A stretch of 36,050 nucleotides of DNA from Octopus bimaculoides (Eukaryota), in contig NC_069001.1 in the NCBI RefSeq assembly GCF_001194135.2, forward strand, positions 10,169,778 to 10,205,827, in the 5' to 3' direction. Shown here in pieces: positions 34,666 through 36,050 of this stretch. Below the pieces are notes generated by a model. That model was not told where the DNA came from and did not search any database. It saw nothing but the letters and a program-made list of their open reading frames with translations. Every line of letters begins with the position of its first letter. Positions within the stretch are counted from its first letter, which is position 1. A program made the position numbers and the translations under genes.

Positions 34666-35097
34666 NNNNNNNNNNNNNNNNNNNNNNNNNNNNNNNNNNN
34701 NNNNNNNNNNNNNNNNNNNNNNNNNNNNNNNNNNNNNNNNNNNNNNNNNNNNNNNNNNNNNNNNNCATACATACATACATACATACTTACATACACATAC
34801 ATATATATACGGCTTCTATCAGTTTTATGTCTGCCAATTCCATTTGCATTCTCTCTTGAATACCCCATACACTTGCTGGCTTCCAGTGTGCTGGGTTCTC
34901 AACTGGTAGCACTTGCATGAACAAGTTGGTTGCAAGACATCTAAAATTAATCAAAGGACATATGTCTACCTATTAGAAATAACAGTCAAAACTCTTATTT
35001 TTCAAATTGTCATACCAGATAATAACAAAATTAATAATATCTTAGCAAATTAATTTTTCAGGAATTTTTTTTTCTCGTGATTGTGTCAACTTAATAC

Positions 35098-35484
35098 GAC
35101 AGTCCCATGATAGGGAAGAATGTTACTGGTATTGAACCCCCGGAAACACCGTTTCCAGCTGGCCATGACACTCTTTCTGTGTCCTTATGTTTTCAAAGGG
35201 GAAGATAAGCACCTCCACCCAGCAAAGTCATCATCCAGAGACTAGTTTCAGAGCCATTGCTCATCATCAGTCGATGCCTATTCGCCTTTGAAAACATATA
35301 TATTTCAAGCGAAATACATTCACTGATTTCGAAAATAGAAATATTACATTGCTAAATCTCTCAGAGAGTTTTATACAGTAGCAGCACGAAAAGATAAGGA
35401 CACAGAAAATGTGTCATTGGCAGCTGGAAACGGTGTATCCTGGGGCGATATAGCAGTAGCATTTTTCCCTTTCATGCGGCTGTC
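35098..35484. repeat. 97-bp imperfect inverted repeat with 193-bp spacer
   Basis: 35098-35194 against the reverse complement of 35388-35484 aligns without gaps, 80/97 identical by hand count. Confidence 0.9.
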
Positions 35485-35636
35485 ACGGCAGCGGCAGTGG
35501 CGGCGGCGGCGGCGGCAGCAGTTGTGCCAGCGGCAGCAGCCGTGGGGTCAACTACAGTAGCAGGGGCAGCACCGACCGGGAGAATTTGGAGAAGAAGCAC
35601 CAGCCTCAGGAATTGCACTTGTGATAAGTTTTATCG

Positions 35637-36008
35637 TTAAAGCCATTTTCTCAACGGCTGCCTCGTAATATCGCCACCACCACATCCCTCTCCCTCCTGC
35701 TCATCCTCCTCCTCCTCATCCTCAACTTTATCATCATCATCGTCGTCATCATAATCATCATCATCGTCGTCATCGTCATGAATGTAATCATCATCATTAT
35801 CGACATCCTCATCATCATCGTCGTCATCATCATCATTGTCATCATCATCATCAGTATCATCCTCATCATCAGCGTCATCCTCATCATCAGCGTAATCCTC
35901 ATCATCATCAATGTAATCATCATTATCATTATTGTCAGTACTATTTACCGTCGACGTCGCTTTCTGCCACCGCGTCGTAATATGTATCCTCTTCGCCATC
36001 GTCATCAT
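35637..36008 (-). repeat. degenerate (GAT/GAC/GAG)n low-complexity tract forming a 123-aa acidic ORF
   Basis: Trinucleotide tract with an 18-bp higher-order repeat (DDEDYA-DDEDDA-DDEDDT). Coding status is unsupported. Confidence 0.85.
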
Positions 36009-36050
36009 CTGTGAAAACAGCAGTCATTATGACTTACATTCTCACTAATA

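Larger units (their letters stand above)
1460..34765. other. 11 assembly gaps (N runs): 1460-1508, 2918-3234, 10500-10535, 14235-14436, 15907-16115, 22201-22792, 24174-24191, 24799-24808, 29778-30448, 32644-32653, 34666-34765
   Basis: N runs, nearly all abutting (TA)n, (GA)n, (CA)n or (TATC)n tracts, as expected for a short-read assembly breaking at microsatellites. Confidence 0.99.

Noticed and set aside
2781-34920. Long ORFs containing X runs (e.g. 22102-23217, 29691-30695, 15720-16271)
   Set aside because: Their length comes from N gaps and dinucleotide tracts.

Overview
AT-rich, microsatellite-dense eukaryotic (animal) sequence with 11 assembly gaps. It looks like a long intron or intergenic tract. 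The three tRNA-derived SINE families match, from memory, those of octopod cephalopods (Octopus-like), which is an inference. No complete or recognisable protein-coding gene, tRNA, rRNA or CRISPR array is supported, and most ORFs in the supplied track are microsatellite or N-gap artefacts. Supported features: about 22 SINE copies or fragments (called here family A, family B and one near-intact 389-bp family D copy with a 10-bp TSD), two reciprocal A/B SINE chimeras, a hAT-type MITE, Tc1/mariner remnants, three copies of a short repeat (family C), a 10 x 84-bp minisatellite and a 97-bp inverted repeat. Best candidates for something undescribed: (i) family C carries a minimal type-I hammerhead-ribozyme-like fold, as in Penelope-like elements and retrozymes; (ii) an unrecognised fossil coding tract at about 4.2-9.3 kb, cut by SINEs, possibly an old endogenous viral or large-transposon insert; (iii) a polypyrimidine-CAG|GTGAGT site at 30607 that is either a recursive-splicing point or the end of a 94-nt exon of a plus-strand gene whose first coding exon may be at 635-655. 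All three are hypotheses that need searches or experiments. Coordinates of degenerate repeats are approximate to within about 10-20 bp.
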